Shown piece after piece: positions 62,314 through 64,000 of a stretch of 64,000 bases of DNA. The position numbers and the translations under genes are program-made. The stretch's first letter is position 1, and the number at the start of each line of letters is the position of its first letter. Below the pieces are notes generated by a model. It was given only the letters and a program-made list of their open reading frames with translations, was not told the origin of the DNA and did not search any database. The DNA lies in the NCBI GenBank assembly GCA_964016885.1, contig OZ024759.1, forward strand, positions 1,984,001 to 2,048,000, given 5' to 3'. The stretch comes from Eledone cirrhosa. Its lineage: Eukaryota.

Positions 62314-64000
62314 TAAGTCTATATTAGTAACATGACACAGTCTATATTAGTAACATGACACAGTCTATATTAGTAACATGACAAAGTCTATATTAGTTAC
62401 ATGACAAAGTCTATATTAGTAACATGACAAAGTCTATATTAGTAACATGACACAGTCTATATTAGTAACATGACGAAGTCTATATTAGTAACATGACACA
62501 GTCTATATTAGTAACATGACACAGTCTATATTAGTAACATGAAAAAGTCTATATTAGTAACATGACAAAGTCTATATTAGTAACATGACAAAGTCTATAT
62601 TAGTAACATGACAAAGTCTATATTAGTAGCATGACACAGTCTATATTAGCTTCATGACAAAGTCTATATTAGTAACATGACACAGTCTATATTAGTAACA
62701 TGACACAGTCTATATTAGTAACATGACACAGTCTATATTAGTAACATGACAAAGTCTACATTAGTAACATGACAAAGTCTATATTAGTAACATGACAAGG
62801 TCTATATTAGTAACATGACACAGTCTATATTAGTAGCATGACACAGTCTATATTAGTAACATGATACAGTCTATATTAGTAACATGACAAAGTCTATATT
62901 AGTAACATGACACAGTCTATATTAGTAACATGACAGTCTATATTAGTAACATGACAGTCTACATTAGTAACATGACACAGTCTATATTAGTAACATGACA
63001 AAGTCGATATTAGTAACATGACAATGTCTATATTAGTAACATGACAAAGTCTATATTAGTAACATGACACAGTCTATATTACTAACATGACACAGTCTAT
63101 ATTAGTAACATGACAAAGTCTATATTAGTAACATGACAAAGTCTATATTAGTAACATGACAAAGTCTATATTAGTAACATGACACAATCTATATTAGTAA
63201 CATGACACAGTCTATATTAGTAGCATGACACAGTCTATATTAGTAACATGATACAGTCTATATTAGTAACATGACAAAGTCTATATTAGTAATATGACAA
63301 AGTCTATATTAGTAAAATGACAAAGTCTATATTAGTAGCATGACAAAGTCTTTATTAGTAACATGACACAGTCTATATTAGTAACATGACACAGTCTATA
63401 TTAGTAACATGACAAAGTCTATATTAGTAACATGACAAAGTCTATATTAGTAACATGACACAGTCTATATTAGTAACATGACACAGTCTATATTAGTAAC
63501 ATGACAAAGTCTATATTAGTAACATGACAAAGTCTATATTAGTAACATGACACAGTCTATATTAGTAACATGACACAGTCTATATTAGTAACATGAGACA
63601 GTCTATATTAGTAGCATGACAAAGTCTATATTAGTAACATGACAGAGTCTACATTAGTAACATGACAAAGTCTATATTAGTAACATGACACAGTCTATAT
63701 TAGTAACATGAGACAGTCTATATTAGTAACATGACAAAGTCTATATTAGTAACATGACACAGTCTATATTAGTAACATGACAAAGTCTATATTAGTAACA
63801 TGACAAAGTCTATATTAGTAACATGACAAAGTCTATATTAGTAGCATGACACAGTCTATGTTAGCAACATGACAATGTCTATATTAGTAACATGACACAG
63901 TCTATATTAGTAACATGACACAGTCTATATTAGTAACATGACACAGTCTATATTATTAACATGACAAAGTCTATATTAGTAACATGACACAGTCTATATT

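Larger units (their letters stand above)
1..64000 (+). repeat. Tandem satellite array, 23-bp monomer AACATGACA[A/C]AGTCTATATTAGT, about 2,780 copies, truncated at both window ends
   Basis: The same 23-mer recurs head-to-tail on every line. Position 10 alternates A/C, and other variants are mostly single substitutions. No unique sequence is visible. Confidence 0.99.

Noticed and set aside
1-64000. CRISPR array (23-bp repeat with weak dyad symmetry)
   Set aside because: Repeats are directly adjacent with no unique spacers, and there is no leader or cas gene.
1-64000. Long repetitive protein-coding ORF
   Set aside because: The monomer has TAG, TAA and TGA on the plus strand and TAA and TAG on the minus strand. 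23 is not a multiple of 3, so every frame is stopped within about three monomers under the standard code.
1-64000. Telomerase-made long telomeric repeat (as in some budding yeasts)
   Set aside because: There is no G-rich strand. Heritable ordered variants, kb-scale duplications and internal inversions point to recombinational amplification rather than templated addition.
1-64000. Resemblance of the CTAT[A/G]TTAGT core to Plasmodium falciparum rep20, recalled from memory
   Set aside because: The match is only about 10 AT-rich bases and is unverified. rep20 has a 21-bp, much more degenerate unit, so this is not enough to assign the family.
1-64000. TATA box or -10 promoter elements (CTATATTA)
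   Set aside because: This is an AT-rich word of the monomer repeated thousands of times with no downstream gene, so there is no support for function.
1-64000. A/C monomer series as an information-bearing code
   Set aside because: The pattern is adequately explained by nested duplication of ancestral modules, and nothing in the sequence indicates a readout.
1-64000. Rolling-circle amplification or concatemer sequencing artefact
   Set aside because: An artefact would repeat one template at one period with random errors. Here variants are shared hierarchically at many periods, although individual duplications still need read support.

Overview
The whole 64 kb window is one AT-rich tandem satellite array with no unique sequence. 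The monomer is 23 bp, consensus AACATGACA[A/C]AGTCTATATTAGT (about 26-30% GC), in roughly 2,780 copies. The array runs off both ends of the window. I see no genes, RNA genes, transposons or CRISPR spacers. The structure lies in how the variants are arranged. (i) Rare single-base variants recur in fixed order, defining higher-order modules and nested tandem duplications of about 0.7-5.3 kb. (ii) The only indel seen is one 2-bp deletion that gives a 21-bp monomer. (iii) Two identical 231-bp strand inversions (19341-19571 and 23243-23473) each break at the centre of an ACAGT quasi-palindrome. Each forms two overlapping perfect inverted repeats (115-bp and 96-bp arms, 24-bp spacers) and has private point mutations nearby. 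Size and homogeneity suggest eukaryotic heterochromatic, centromeric or subtelomeric satellite DNA, but I cannot identify the family or organism. All coordinates were read by eye.
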